From Octopus vulgaris (lineage: Eukaryota), in contig OX597831.1 in NCBI GenBank assembly GCA_951406725.2, positions 55,738,001-55,802,000 of the forward strand: a stretch of DNA of 64,000 nt. Reading direction: 5' to 3'. The notes beneath the pieces were generated by a model. It made no database searches. It was not told the origin of the DNA and saw nothing but the letters and a program-made list of their open reading frames with translations. Every line of letters begins with the position of its first letter. The stretch's first letter is position 1. The position numbers were made by a program, and so were the translations under genes. This document shows positions 13,244 to 25,065 of the stretch, in pieces.

Positions 13244-13783
13244 GAGTGAGAGAGCAGTTCATGCCATCAAAGTGACACTGGGGTAAAATATACGAAGCCC
13301 AATATACCCATCATGACTACCCGTCTGATAAGGGTACACCAGGCACATGCATCACAACCATATGTGCGCGACATGGTGATCTCTCATATCAAGATAAACA
13401 GCACATGACCTTGCAGGTGGGGCCCAGTTAGAATTTTCTTCAGGTCGAGTAGCCCATCCCGCTCAAACGGTCCCTGAATAAGGGTTGTTTAAGGATGTTG
13501 AAAGAACCACCCATGTTTCCAGAGGTGAATTATTCAAAACCCAAAGAATCCCTCTCAACACATGGCTATGATGCTCCCCCACTACTTCTGCTCGTGATCA
13601 GAGATGCACATAACACCAGCCGCTAAGGGACATGCTCAACTGGTTAAGGTCAAACAACTGACAAGCAAATCTGTGGTATTGAGCAGAATATTTGCTGTAG
13701 CCCATCTTTTATACCAAGACAAAACAATATACATGATAACACTTCCGATCAATTAAGATCAGAAGCCATGAGAGCCACTGCTC

Positions 13784-13829
<46 letters not shown>

Positions 13830-16800
13830 GTTATTACCTAAACTGTCTCAAAAATGTGCATCGTGTATAAATGGCAGCATTACACAATTACTACAAGAGT
13901 AGATAATCTACTATGATTCAATATATTAGTCTTTTTTTTTTTTTTGTAACATTTCCTCTAATGACGGTGGCAAACTGGCAGAATCGTTACCGCACTGGAC
14001 AAAATGCTTTGCGGCAATTCGTCCGTTTTTTTACGTTCTGATGTTCGAATTCCGCCGAGGTCGACTTTGCCTTTCATCCTTTCTGGGTCGATGTAATAGA
14101 CTTAACCGTTTCCCCAAAAATTGTTAACCTTATGCCAAAATTTGAAACCAATATTTCGTCTTATGACGGTAGAGAACTAGCGGAATCATTAGCGCATCAA
14201 ACATAATGTTAAATGTCACACCTTTTGACTCTTTACGTTCTGAATTCAAATACCGCCTAGGTCGACTTTACCTTTTATCCTTTCTGGCTCGATAAAATAT
14301 AATACAACTCGAGTCCTGGAGTCGATGTGATCGACTAACACCCATCTGCTAAAATTGCTGGCCTTGTACCAAGACTTGAAATATTTCACTTCACGTAAAG
14401 TATATAGGATAAATCATGATGATATAAACGTTATCTTAGAAATTTTATTTCAAAGATTTTAATGAGACAAATTGATAAAAAAAATCCTATCATAGCATTA
14501 ATGATAAACATAATAGAAAGATTTATGATATAAATGTTATATTAAATACTTTGATGATACAATTGGTGTTATAGAGACCTTAATGATATAAATTTTATAT
14601 AAAATGTTTTATAAGATTCACTGATAATGATATAAATGTTATAACAGTGACTTTGATAATGTAAATGTTATAATAAAAATGGTATAAGAAAGACATTGAT
14701 TAAATAAATGGTATAAAGACGTTGATATAAATTATCTGTACACAGAGTATGATGGTGTAGAGACCGTGCTATTTTCTTTAAAGGAGAATTCTTGATTCTA
14801 GTGTTTGTTTATAAGTCTAAGTCCCATGGCTACTGAAGATAAGGCTGGACAATTGTCGTACTGGTGACACATATTAACGTAGAAACACGTTTAACAACTG
14901 TCCTCTTATCACTAGACTCTAAGTTTGTCCTTTCCTCTCGTGATATACCAATTCTGGAGAATTCTTTATTCTTGGAATTGGATTATCTCCCCTTATATAG
15001 ATCTGGTCTAAATTGCCATTTGATAATTATGATACATCCTCTAGTGGCAGAGGTAATTTTAATAAACCAGAAATTTATGTTGTATGTTATTTGATATACC
15101 GTATATGTTGTTAATAAAAAGAGATCTTGATTTGAAGAAATTTTGACTTATTTTGTTTGCTATTGAATAATTATATTTTGTTTGTCTACCTTTATTGGGT
15201 CTAGAGAGCATACTTAACTAAGAAACTAGCTGAAGACAGACCAATGTCTATGTGGATATCCAATGTAAACCAACTGGCCGCTGGACGAGAGCAATTCGGT
15301 GAGATGCTGTGGGCCTTCATGAATGCCGTATGGCCGTCTACGATATCCTGTGTAGTAAACAAAGGTTAGTTTAATATTTACACATATTTTTCATGCGTAT
15401 TACTGGCAATAGCATCATTGACTAAAGGTTTCCAATCATATGTTTATGTTGCTGTTTAACCTCATGTCAATTAGACTTGTGTAGATTACAATAAAAAAAA
15501 TTCTATCGTTGACTAACTTATTTCTTTATTGCTCACAAGGGGCTAAACACAGAGGAGACAAACAAGGACAGACAAACGGATTAAGTCGATTACATCGACC
15601 CCAGTGCGTAACTGGTACTTAATTTATCGACCCCGAAAAGATGAAAGGCAAAGTCGACTTCGGCAGAATTTGAACTCAGAACGTAGCGGCAGGCGAAATA
15701 CCTATTTCTTTATTACCCACAAGGGGCTAAACATAGAGGGGACAAACAAGGACAGACATAGGTATTAAGTCGATTACATCGACCCCAGTGCGTAACTGGT
15801 ACTTAATTTATCGACCCCGAAAGAATGAAAGGCAAAGTGGACTTCGGCGGAATTTGAACTCAGAACGTAGCGGCAGACGAAATACCGCTGAGCATTTCGC
15901 CCGGCGTGCTAACGATTCTGCCAGCTCACCGCCTTCTTGTCTATTTATATATCAAGGACTACATTGTCCAATGGGTCTCTTCCGTTTTAAGATATTAAAA
16001 TAGAATTTGAGATACCCTGAGTGCTGTTTCTTGTGGATTAAGCGACTTAATAGGAGTTTACTTGTTGTTTGATATTATTTCGTGACAAAATTGTAAAATT
16101 TCTATTAGAATAATAAAAAAGAAAAACAAAACAAAATATCAATATTATTCTTTTATTTCTTCTCCAGGACCATGGTTAGACAGCTTGGGTGTTGGATATG
16201 CCGGCAAATACATTGGTAGACCTGACAGCATCGCAGTACGCATGCCCGATAATATGGTGACGTCATTCTTAATCGATCACACGGGTCCCGTATCAACGTC
16301 GTCTGCTAATCCTACTGGTGAAGCAGACACTACGCACCATCTGCAGGTTATTGCAAAGTTGGGCCTGAAAAATGTAAGTTGGATGCATCAACTCCCTTAG
16401 TGGATTTATTTTCTTAACATTGATCGATCACTCAAGAAATGTTATTGAAAATCTAGTTGAAAATCTGATAGAGTTGTATTAGACAGAAAGTAAAAAGTGT
16501 GTACCGTTGTAGAGATCAGCTGCCCAACGGATGTGAGGCGTACGTCTATGCAAAACTGATGAAATACGTACAGCTTTGATATCCAAGCTGTAGATTTTCA
16601 TTTGTTAGTATTATCATAGGCTTATGTTATAAAAGATCTATGTGGAAACTTAGAAATGTAGAGGTTCTCCAAAACAGAACAATCCAAGCTGATTCGTATT
16701 CTCCGCTTATGTAATTAATAAACGCACACTCACTGATTGTATTTCATTTCAGTTTTATTGTTAATTAATTTATTTATTAGTTTGTAAACGTTCTTTATAT

Positions 16801-16968
16801 ACACATACGTTCACATATTAGTGTATTTAATTATATATGTATATACATATGTGTATGTGGGAGTGCGCATGCTTTACAGATACACATACACACACGCGCG
16901 CGCTAGCATACACTCATGCACACACATACACATACATACATACATACATACATACATACATACATACA

Positions 16969-17000
<32 letters not shown>

Positions 17001-18540
17001 GGAGTTGATAACTTCAAATGATTTCAGAAAGGTTTAATGAGTTATGTCCCTTAGACCTGTTCGTTTTATTTTATTTTCACAAACTCAACTTCTATCATAT
17101 TGTTTTACACTCACCATTTAGACAGACTCTCTCTGTTCCACTTTCGCCATTTCGGACGCTAGTTTTGATGTGCGTCGTTTTCACTTGCATCACCGACGTA
17201 CTTTCACCCACACAAAATAGAAAAAGCAAAGAAAAATGAAAAAGAAAAAATTCGTATTTATATCTCAGTTCCCCTAGCTTTCTTTATTGTGCACTAATAT
17301 GTCTGAAAGCTATTTTTATGAATATTTTATAGTTGATTGAACATTGATTCTATTTTCTATTCAGTGCGATGGAATTTTATGTGATGGGCCATCCTTTGCA
17401 AACTCTGCTTCAACTGTGGTCGACTGCCGAAAAATTGACGAAGGTAAGATCGGATTTTTCCGTATTGGACTCGAGCCGAAGTCTCGCGTTGAGGAAATAT
17501 TTGAGCGAATCCAAGCCCAGTTTAGGAATAAGACAGCATCTCACCGGGCTTCAATGCAAAGTACAAGTGAAACTTTGGACAGTGGTGTATATATTCATAG
17601 ATCAAATCCTGGTTCGGTAAGCTTAGAACTGGAAGGACATATTAACGATGCTTTTGATGATAGTGATGATGGTGATCACAATTCAAAGGATCGGAATGTA
17701 GAAAATATTGGAAGCGATGCACAAACTAATTTTGGTAAATCAACAAATATTTTAGAAAAATGGTCTGAGCCAAAACCTGAATCAGAAAACACCAAAACTA
17801 ACAACAACCCCCAAATAAAAGGTTTAGTTGATAACCTAGATCGTATTTTATCAGATGCAGAAAATCAGAATCAAAACCTCGAGGTCGTAAACCTTCAGGG
17901 TTCCCAGATGGCAATAAACATTCCTGAAACTGAGCCTTATGGGAACAATGTAGACGAAGGAGAAGCCTCCACAGAACCAATCTCGGACGATGACGAACCA
18001 TTAACGTCACTGAAATCACGTAAACGCCGCCAGCTTCAAAGTCAAATTAACACACACATTCTGAACAGAGGACAGCACTTAGGATTAACTGAGAGGACGT
18101 TGAACCAAACAAAGAACAAAGAAACAGATAGTTCGGCTGAATTCAAAAACCCGCTCGACACCTTTCGAACGACTTTAGAAGTAAATGTAAACCAATATAA
18201 AAAATTTACCGTTGATAATACACCGAGTCAGAGACAGGCTGGAGATGAACAGAGGGCAGTGACAAGCCAGCTGCCTTTTGAAGAAGAATCGACAACTAGT
18301 AACAAGAAGAAAATTGTACCCCTTTTTAATTTTTCCTCCAAGAGTAATAACCCGTCTGACTTGGAGCGCGGAAGCGAAAACACTAACCGGAAAGATGATT
18401 TGATCAATGCCACTGGAAAGACTGATAATACTTACTCACTTGCTTTTGTTAACAGTAGTGATAAAGAGGTATCAGACAGGTTAAATACATCGGCTCATCC
18501 TGAACGTCCAGTATTCTTTAAGCAAAGGACTGAGCTGTAG
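2888..18540 (+). CDS. Six-exon gene (1166 aa): tandem GPR1/FUN34/YaaH (SatP-like) membrane repeats + YrdC/Sua5-like domain + low-complexity C-terminal tail
   Basis: Manual splicing of 2888-3059, 8033-9730, 11656-11744, 15205-15364, 16168-16373 and 17365-18540 gives 172+1698+89+160+206+1176=3501 nt in one open frame. Intron phases are 1,1,0,1,0 and all are GT..AG with pyrimidine tracts. An in-frame TGA at 2876 precedes caacATGg at 2888. Confidence 0.88.
3990..4362. repeat. 69-bp minisatellite, ~5.5 copies
   Basis: gagaagggagatga recurs at 4071, 4140, 4209 and 4278 (period 69); alternate units are more alike (138-bp dimer). Confidence 0.9.
5600..6076. repeat. (TATG)n-rich microsatellite
   Basis: Direct reading. 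Confidence 0.95.
6133..6410 (-). mobile_element. tRNA-derived SINE (family D); relatives at 25313-25632 (+), 46700-46940 (-) and 61375-61700 (-)
   Basis: B-box-like gagttcgattcctgg head on the minus strand; shared tcttgagcaagacac core and cattcatgacc tail. Confidence 0.75.
6660..7095 (-). mobile_element. SINE family A cluster
   Basis: Reverse complement of gagctggcagaa..ttctgagttcaaattccgccgaggtcgactttgcctttcatcctttcggggtcgat, which recurs more than 15 times in the window. Confidence 0.85.
7170..7680 (-). mobile_element. RTE-clade LINE fragment (post-RT region)
   Basis: [51 protein letters not shown] is the typical RTE LLYGxETW block. Confidence 0.8.
8033..9730 (+). CDS. Exon 2: multi-pass membrane region with GPR1/FUN34/YaaH-like repeats
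   Basis: Long polypyrimidine tract and cag| at 8032; 1698-nt open frame (track ORF 8095-9759); donor G|gtaagg at 9730. Motifs [28 protein letters not shown] and GRDVLPMG resemble SatP GGIAQIFAG..YGSFW and GRTVLPIG as I recall them. Confidence 0.92.
10480..10517 (-). ncRNA. Minimal type I hammerhead ribozyme motif (inverted copy)
   Basis: Reverse complement reads ctgt-CCGACGA-acg-ggaa-cgt-GAAA-ctc-a-gag-TA-acag. Confidence 0.7.
10547..10584 (+). ncRNA. Minimal type I hammerhead ribozyme motif
   Basis: ctgt-CCGACGA-acg-ggaa-cgt-GAAA-ctc-c-gag-TA-acag: stems I, II and III all pair, the cleavage triplet is GUA, and the core is a U4C variant. Confidence 0.7.
11656..11744 (+). CDS. Exon 3: start of YrdC/Sua5 domain
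   Basis: ttttttcag|AC..GAA|gtaagt. Translates [30 protein letters not shown], matching the YrdC signature GxxVxxPT(D/E)TVYGL. Confidence 0.93.
11806..12299. mobile_element. pogo/Tigger-like MITE
   Basis: TA|ccgtaaatcctcgag ... ctcgaggatttaggg|TA: terminal inverted repeats with a TA target duplication and no ORF. Confidence 0.85.
12310..12700 (-). mobile_element. RTE/BovB-like LINE 3' fragment
   Basis: [49 protein letters not shown], the C-terminal zinc-finger region of RTE ORFs. Confidence 0.85.
13244..13783. mobile_element. Interspersed element inserted in (TAA)n; partial second copy at ~42860-42998
   Basis: Flanked by (TAT)n on both sides; ccaaagaatccc..taagggacatgctcaa..ctgacaagcaa..gagcagaatatttg is shared with 42860-42998. 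Confidence 0.7.
13965..14380 (+). mobile_element. Two diverged family A SINEs
   Basis: Head ggtggcaaactggcagaatcgtta and core aattccgccgaggtcgactttgcctttcatcc. Confidence 0.75.
14410..14740. repeat. Degenerate AT-rich minisatellite (atgatataaatgttat units)
   Basis: The motif recurs about 7 times at irregular spacing. Confidence 0.55.
15205..15364 (+). CDS. Exon 4: YrdC/Sua5 domain
   Basis: ctag|AGA..AAAG|gttagt. [40 protein letters not shown] aligns with canonical RIYxxKxRxxxKPL..FWPGPLTLVL. Confidence 0.9.
15520..15935 (-). mobile_element. Dimeric family A SINE in intron 4
   Basis: Two tandem ~180-bp bodies joined at gaaatacctatttc, with a single head ending ccagctcaccgcc. Confidence 0.9.
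16168..16373 (+). CDS. Exon 5: YrdC/Sua5 domain
   Basis: ttctccag|GA..AAT|gtaagt. Contains SIAVRMPD and [12 protein letters not shown] (canonical IAVRxP and PLxxTSANxSG). Confidence 0.93.
17365..18540 (+). CDS. Exon 6: end of YrdC domain plus ~350-aa hydrophilic tail and stop
   Basis: ttctattcag|[23 protein letters not shown] matches canonical DxxLDGG..STVVD..LRxG. An S/N/D/E/T-rich tail runs to ...FKQRTEL-TAG. Confidence 0.92.
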   Translation, partial: CDGILCDGPSFANSASTVVDCRKIDEGKIGFFRIGLEPKSRVEEIFERIQAQFRNKTASHRASMQSTSETLDSGVYIHRSNPGSVSLELEGHINDAFDDSDDGDHNSKDRNVENIGSDAQTNFGKSTNILEKWSEPKPESENTKTNNNPQIKGLVDNLDRILSDAENQNQNLEVVNLQGSQMAINIPETEPYGNNVDEGEASTEPISDDDEPLTSLKSRKRRQLQSQINTHILNRGQHLGLTERTLNQTKNKETDSSAEFKNPLDTFRTTLEVNVNQYKKFTVDNTPSQRQAGDEQRAVTSQLPFEEESTTSNKKKIVPLFNFSSKSNNPSDLERGSENTNRKDDLINATGKTDNTYSLAFVNSSDKEVSDRLNTSAHPERPVFFKQRTEL

Positions 18541-18635
18541 TTTCTTATAATTTCCTTCGAAAATAATTTGTATCAACTTAATGCCAATGACAGGATTGTA
18601 TCGATATATTTTGCTTGATAGAAAAATAAGATAGA

Positions 18636-18641
18636 AATAAA
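18636..18641 (+). promoter_or_regulatory. Candidate proximal polyadenylation signal
   Basis: AATAAA about 95 nt after the stop codon; weak evidence in AT-rich DNA. Confidence 0.3.
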
Positions 18642-18663
18642 AGAACAATTTACGACCTTAGTT

Positions 18664-19470
18664 GGATCTTTACCTTTTGACCGGCAGATTTAGAAAATGT
18701 TTTCTAACTAAACACTTTCAAACTTCAGACACTGGTAGAATGTGTCATATAAAACATCTTTTACTCTTAGCGTTTTTGAGAAAACTTTATATTTACGAAG
18801 TTATTTCGTGTTAAAGTTGTCGTATTTCGGTAATTTCAACCAATCAATGACGTGTATTCAGCTGAATAAAATTACTGCTGTTGTTTGTCAACAACAACTA
18901 TCGGTGGTGTATATTTCGTTTGTCACTGTTGTTTATGACATCGCTCGTGCGTTTGTACTGGCTTTATCTTGAAGGTTTTAGGGTTAGGGTTAAGGTTGGT
19001 GTTTTAAGGTTAGAGTTACGGAAAAAAATGAAAAATGAAGAAATTGGAGGGGTAGGGGTAAAGGGAAAGTCTTTCCGAAAATAGTAGCTAAAAATAGGGG
19101 AAAAAAACCTAAAAGCAGTAGAAATGCACGAACGTGCCATGAAGTAAACATGCTTCAGATACACTCGTTTTTTCATACAAACATAACTGAGATGAAATAT
19201 GTCATAAATAACTGTGACAAACGAAATATACACCGCTGGAAGTGTTTGTTGACAAACAACAGCAGTAATTTTTTTCAACTGAATACACGTCATTGATTGG
19301 TTGAAATTAACCGAAATACGACAACTTTAACACCAGATAACTTCGTAAATATAAAGTTTTCTCAAAAACGCTAAGAGTAAAAGATGTTTTATATGACACA
19401 TTCTACCAGTGTCCGAAGTTTGAAAGTGCTTAGTTACAAAACATTATTTTCTAAATCTGCCGGTCAAAAG
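18664..19470. mobile_element. Foldback/MITE-like element with ~270-bp TIRs and TTAGGG-like centre
   Basis: 18674-18941 is the reverse complement of 19199-19470 at high identity; the centre contains ttagggttagggttaagg; the left end is GGATCTTT. Confidence 0.9.
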
Positions 19471-19713
19471 TTTTCTAAGTGCTTAAGTTATATGAATATC
19501 TAGGTGATTTAGGCACTTTTAGCTATTCAGTCTTTAATTTATGGTCGACGTGTTGCTAAGATACTATATGTCAAAAGGTTCATAATTGGAAAAAGCGATA
19601 AATATTGTAGTCGGTTAATTTTACTGAATTTGTAGCACTGTTAACAAATATTTATTGAAAATACTGTCTTGTATTTAATTTCTTTCTTCAAATTTCTGAA
19701 ATATAATTATTTG

Positions 19714-19719
19714 AATAAA
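19714..19719 (+). promoter_or_regulatory. Candidate distal polyadenylation signal
   Basis: AATAAA at the end of an AU-rich, UTR-like stretch downstream of the foldback element. Confidence 0.35.
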
Positions 19720-20300
19720 AACTATATAAAACAAATATGTTATACACTTTCTGTACGCTTTAAAAAGTTTATATAGTTTATAACTGTTACTTCAAAACTG
19801 TATTAAAGGTCGCAAACAGCCAGTCTTATACTGATAAGTTTCACTTCAGGGATATTTATGTCATTTTTTTTTGTTTTAGTCAGAGCGGAGAGAACAGCGA
19901 TCATGACTCTTTTCAAGGCCTCCGACATTAATTTTACATGAACGTTTCGCTAAATGTTACAGTAAAATAATCCTGAATATCTCATTGCAACATTTGCTTT
20001 TGCGTTTGAACAAGATATTAAACTCTATTCGAATTTCAGCGAAACTGGTACCAAATTTTTTCCTCTGGATTACATTTGTAAAATTAAAGAAGAGAGCCAT
20101 GCGGTATCGATGTAAGAACGATTACCACCCACGTATTTTAATTAATTTTTTTTCCCACAGAACTTCATTTCATTTTGAAAATGAACAAACTGGTATGTTT
20201 AGTTTAATGGTTTATCAATGCATACAATTAGTTGTTTTTTTTACCCCAAGAGTCGGGCAGACACCCGGAAAGAAATGGAAACAAATTTGAAAGAAGAAAA

Positions 20301-20377
<77 letters not shown>

Positions 20378-20392
20378 TAATAATGATAATAA

Positions 20393-20427
<35 letters not shown>

Positions 20428-20439
20428 GTAATAAAAATA

Positions 20440-21541
<1,102 letters not shown>

Positions 21542-21559
21542 GTAATAGTAATAATAATA

Positions 21560-21627
<68 letters not shown>

Positions 21628-21809
21628 TAAATGGTAAAAAAAAATTTTAAAAAAGATCTCTCAAATATCTGAAGTCTTTTTAAAATCTGAAATTTCTGAA
21701 GTGTTTTATCTCTGAAATATCTGAACGATAAGGTAAGCTAACCCTGTTTGACACTGTGGTAGACCGCATACTATACTAGCACCGAACACTTAAAATATAT
21801 TTTTTTAAA

Positions 21810-22810
21810 GGCGGCGAGCTGGCTGAAACGTTAGCACGCCGGGCGAAATACTTTGCGGTATTTCGTTTGCCGCTGCGTTCTGAGTTCAAATTCCGCCGAG
21901 GTCGACTTTGCCTTTCATCTTTTCGGGGTCGATTAAAGTATGTACCAGTTACGCACAGAGGTCGATATAATCGACTTAATCCGTTTGTCTGTCCTTGTTT
22001 GTCCCCTCTGTGTTTAACCCCTTGTGGGTAATAAAGAAATAGGTATTTCGTCTGCCGTTACGTTTTGAGTTCAAATCCGCCGAGGTCGACTTTACCTTTC
22101 ATCCTTTCAGGGTCGATAAGTAAAGTACCTATGCGTACTGAGGTCGATCAAATCGACTGGCCCCCTCCCCAAACATTTCGGACCTTGTGCCTAGAGTAGA
22201 AAAGAAGATATATTTTTTAAAAACATTCAGCATTTCTCTTTATATATCTATTCTTTTCTACCCTAGGCACAAGGCCCGAAATTTTGTGGGAGGGAGCTAG
22301 TCGATTAGATCGACCTCAGTACACAACTGGTACTTATTTATCGACCCCGAAAGAATGAAAAGTAAAGTCGACCTCGGCGAATTTGAACTCAGAACGTAAC
22401 GACAGACGAAATACCTATTTCTTTACTACCCACGAGGGGCTAAACACAGAGGGGACAAACAAGGACAGACAGACGGATTAAGCCGATTACATCGACCCCA
22501 GAGCGTAACTGGTACTTAATTTATCGACCCCAAAAGGATGAAAGGCAAAGTCAACCTCGGCGGAATTTGAACTCAGAACGTAACGGCAGACGAAATACCT
22601 ATTTCTTTACTACCCACAAGGGGCTAAACACAGAGAGGACAAATGGATTAAGTCGATTACATCGACCCCAGTGCGTAACTGGTACTTATTTAATCGACCC
22701 CGAACGGATGAAAGGCAAAGTCGACCTCGGCGGAATTTGAACTCAGAACGTAGTAGCTAAGCATTTCGCATTTCGCCCGGTGTGCTAACGATTCTTCCAG
22801 CTCGTCGCCT
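21810..22810. mobile_element. Tail-to-tail cluster of multimeric family A SINEs (+ 21810-22205; - 22250-22810)
   Basis: Heads ggcggcgagctggc at 21810 and ccagctcgtcgcc at ~22810, with tandemly repeated bodies between them. Confidence 0.88.
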
Positions 22811-24194
22811 TTACTTATTTATTTGTTATTTTCGTTCAACAATTAACTCAACGTAAATTATTTAAACATTTAACGTACGTTTAAGTAAGGGAGCTTACTC
22901 TAATTGATCACATATATTTATAGACGAGTATTTTCCCTTTGAAACAAGTCGTCCTTTCATACTTCAACAGAACTATGAGATAAGACTTTTCAAACATAAT
23001 TTCATTCAACATTTGTTTTTTTTTGGGGTTTTTTAAAATTTTGATTTTCAGAAACAGTGTTTCTAGGACTGCAATATCCAACGTGTTCTATATATTTTTT
23101 AGGACTGTAGGGTGTAATTTGAGAGCGATTTCGCTGCAATTTTCAACAGAATCGAACGATGCATTGCAACGGTATTTTTTTTTTTTTACTTGTTTCAAGT
23201 GTTTCATCTCTGAAATATCTGAAAGATAAGGTAGCTAACCCAGTTTGACATTGTGGTAGACCGCATACTATACTAGCACCGAACATTCTTAAGATATACT
23301 TTTTAAAAGGCGGCGAGCTGGCTGAACTCAGAACGTAACGGGGACGAAATACCTATTTCTTTATTAGCTAGGGGGACAAACACAGGGGACACAAACAAGG
23401 ACAGACAAACGGATTAAGTCGATTATATCGACCCCAGTGCGTAACTGGTACATATTTTAATCGACCCCGAACGGATGAAAAGCAAAGTCGACCTCGGCGG
23501 AATTTGAACTCAGAACGCAGCGGCAAACGAAATACCGCACAGTATTTCGCCCAGAGGTATCTGAAATTCTTAAATTATTGTAGTACGGTTAGCGTGAGCA
23601 AGAAGTAAAACAGAGCCCATTGCTTCTGCATGCTTCCTGAAAATGATGAGATCAATTTATTGATAACCATAGTTAATATCTACAGGTTATTATTTGTAGG
23701 GAAAAGACGTTAAATGGATGGAGAGGTTTCCGAGATCTGATTATTGTCGTTTAGCCCCAAATCTATACTTATCAAGTTATCTTCAATAATGATCACCAGG
23801 ATGTGGGTGCTATTCTCTGAGACGGCATTGGTTAAAACGTCTTTCCTTTTTATACAGTTGTCTCGAAGAAAGTTTGGCAGCTTTTTGTTTCCTTTTGCTT
23901 TTTACTTTTTTAGCAAGTCAAGTGCCTACATACAAGCAGTTGCTTTGGCTCGGTTTTTAACAGGTTGATATGTTAGGTTAACAACCCGGGTGGGCTTATG
24001 CCCCGCAGTTTCTGATTATAAATAAGATTCTTTTTCTTCATATGGTCTTTTTACTGGTTTTCGGTATTTGGACTGCGGTCATGCTGGAGCACAGGCTTTA
24101 GTCCACCATTTCGATCTCTGCTTATATCAGGAAGTTACAGGTCATAAAGAGACACTATCTAAATTTTAAGCTGATGTAGACGTAAGCACACACA

Positions 24195-24304
<110 letters not shown>

Positions 24305-24599
24305 AGGATTCTGCAGTTTCCGTCTTTCAAATTCCACTCACAAGGCATTGGTCAAACTCATGACACTTCAAGCTAGAGACCTGGTTTGAATGTTTACAGT
24401 AGGACGAACTCCACGAAGCCGCACCAAAAATTTGAAACTGTGGAAGTTCGTCTCCCTGAAGAACTTCCACAGCAGTTTCGCCTTTCAGATTTTACTCACA
24501 CGGCTTTGGTCCAATGAGCAGTTTAGAAAATGCTACTCAAGTTGCCGTACCTTGGAATCGAATCTATTGAGTTTAGTGTTTCAGTATGACTAACGCCGA

Positions 24600-25065
24600 A
24601 GGTGGCGAGCTGGCAGAAACGTTAGTATGCCGGGCAAAATGCTTAGCAGTATTTCGTCTGACTTTACGTTCTGAGTTCAAATTTTGCCGAGGCCGATTTT
24701 GCTTTTCATCCTTTTGGGGTCAATAAATTAAGTATCAGTTGTGTACTGGGGTCGATCTAATCGATTACCCCCCCTCCCCCAAAATTTCAAGCCTTGAGCC
24801 TAGAGTAGAAAAGAATATTACGCTTGTTACAAGGCGGCGAGCTGGCAGAAACATTAGCACGCCGGGCGAAATGCGTAACCGTATTTCGTCTGTCGTTACG
24901 TTCCGAGTTCAAATTCCGCCGAGGTCGACTTTGCCTTTCATCCTTTCGGGGTCGATAAATTAAGTACCAGTTACGCACTGGGGTCGATGTAATCGACTTA
25001 ATCCGTTTGTCTGTCCTTGTTTGTCCCTTCTGTGTTTAGCCCCTTGTGGGTAGTAAAGAAATAAA
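24600..25065 (+). mobile_element. Two tandem family A SINEs
   Basis: Heads at ~24601 and ~24833 with full cores. Confidence 0.88.

Noticed and set aside
11656-17500. Calling the gene YRDC, the canonical t6A enzyme
   Set aside because: Fusion to a large membrane region and loss of the KxR arginine argue for a paralogue, so no symbol is assigned.
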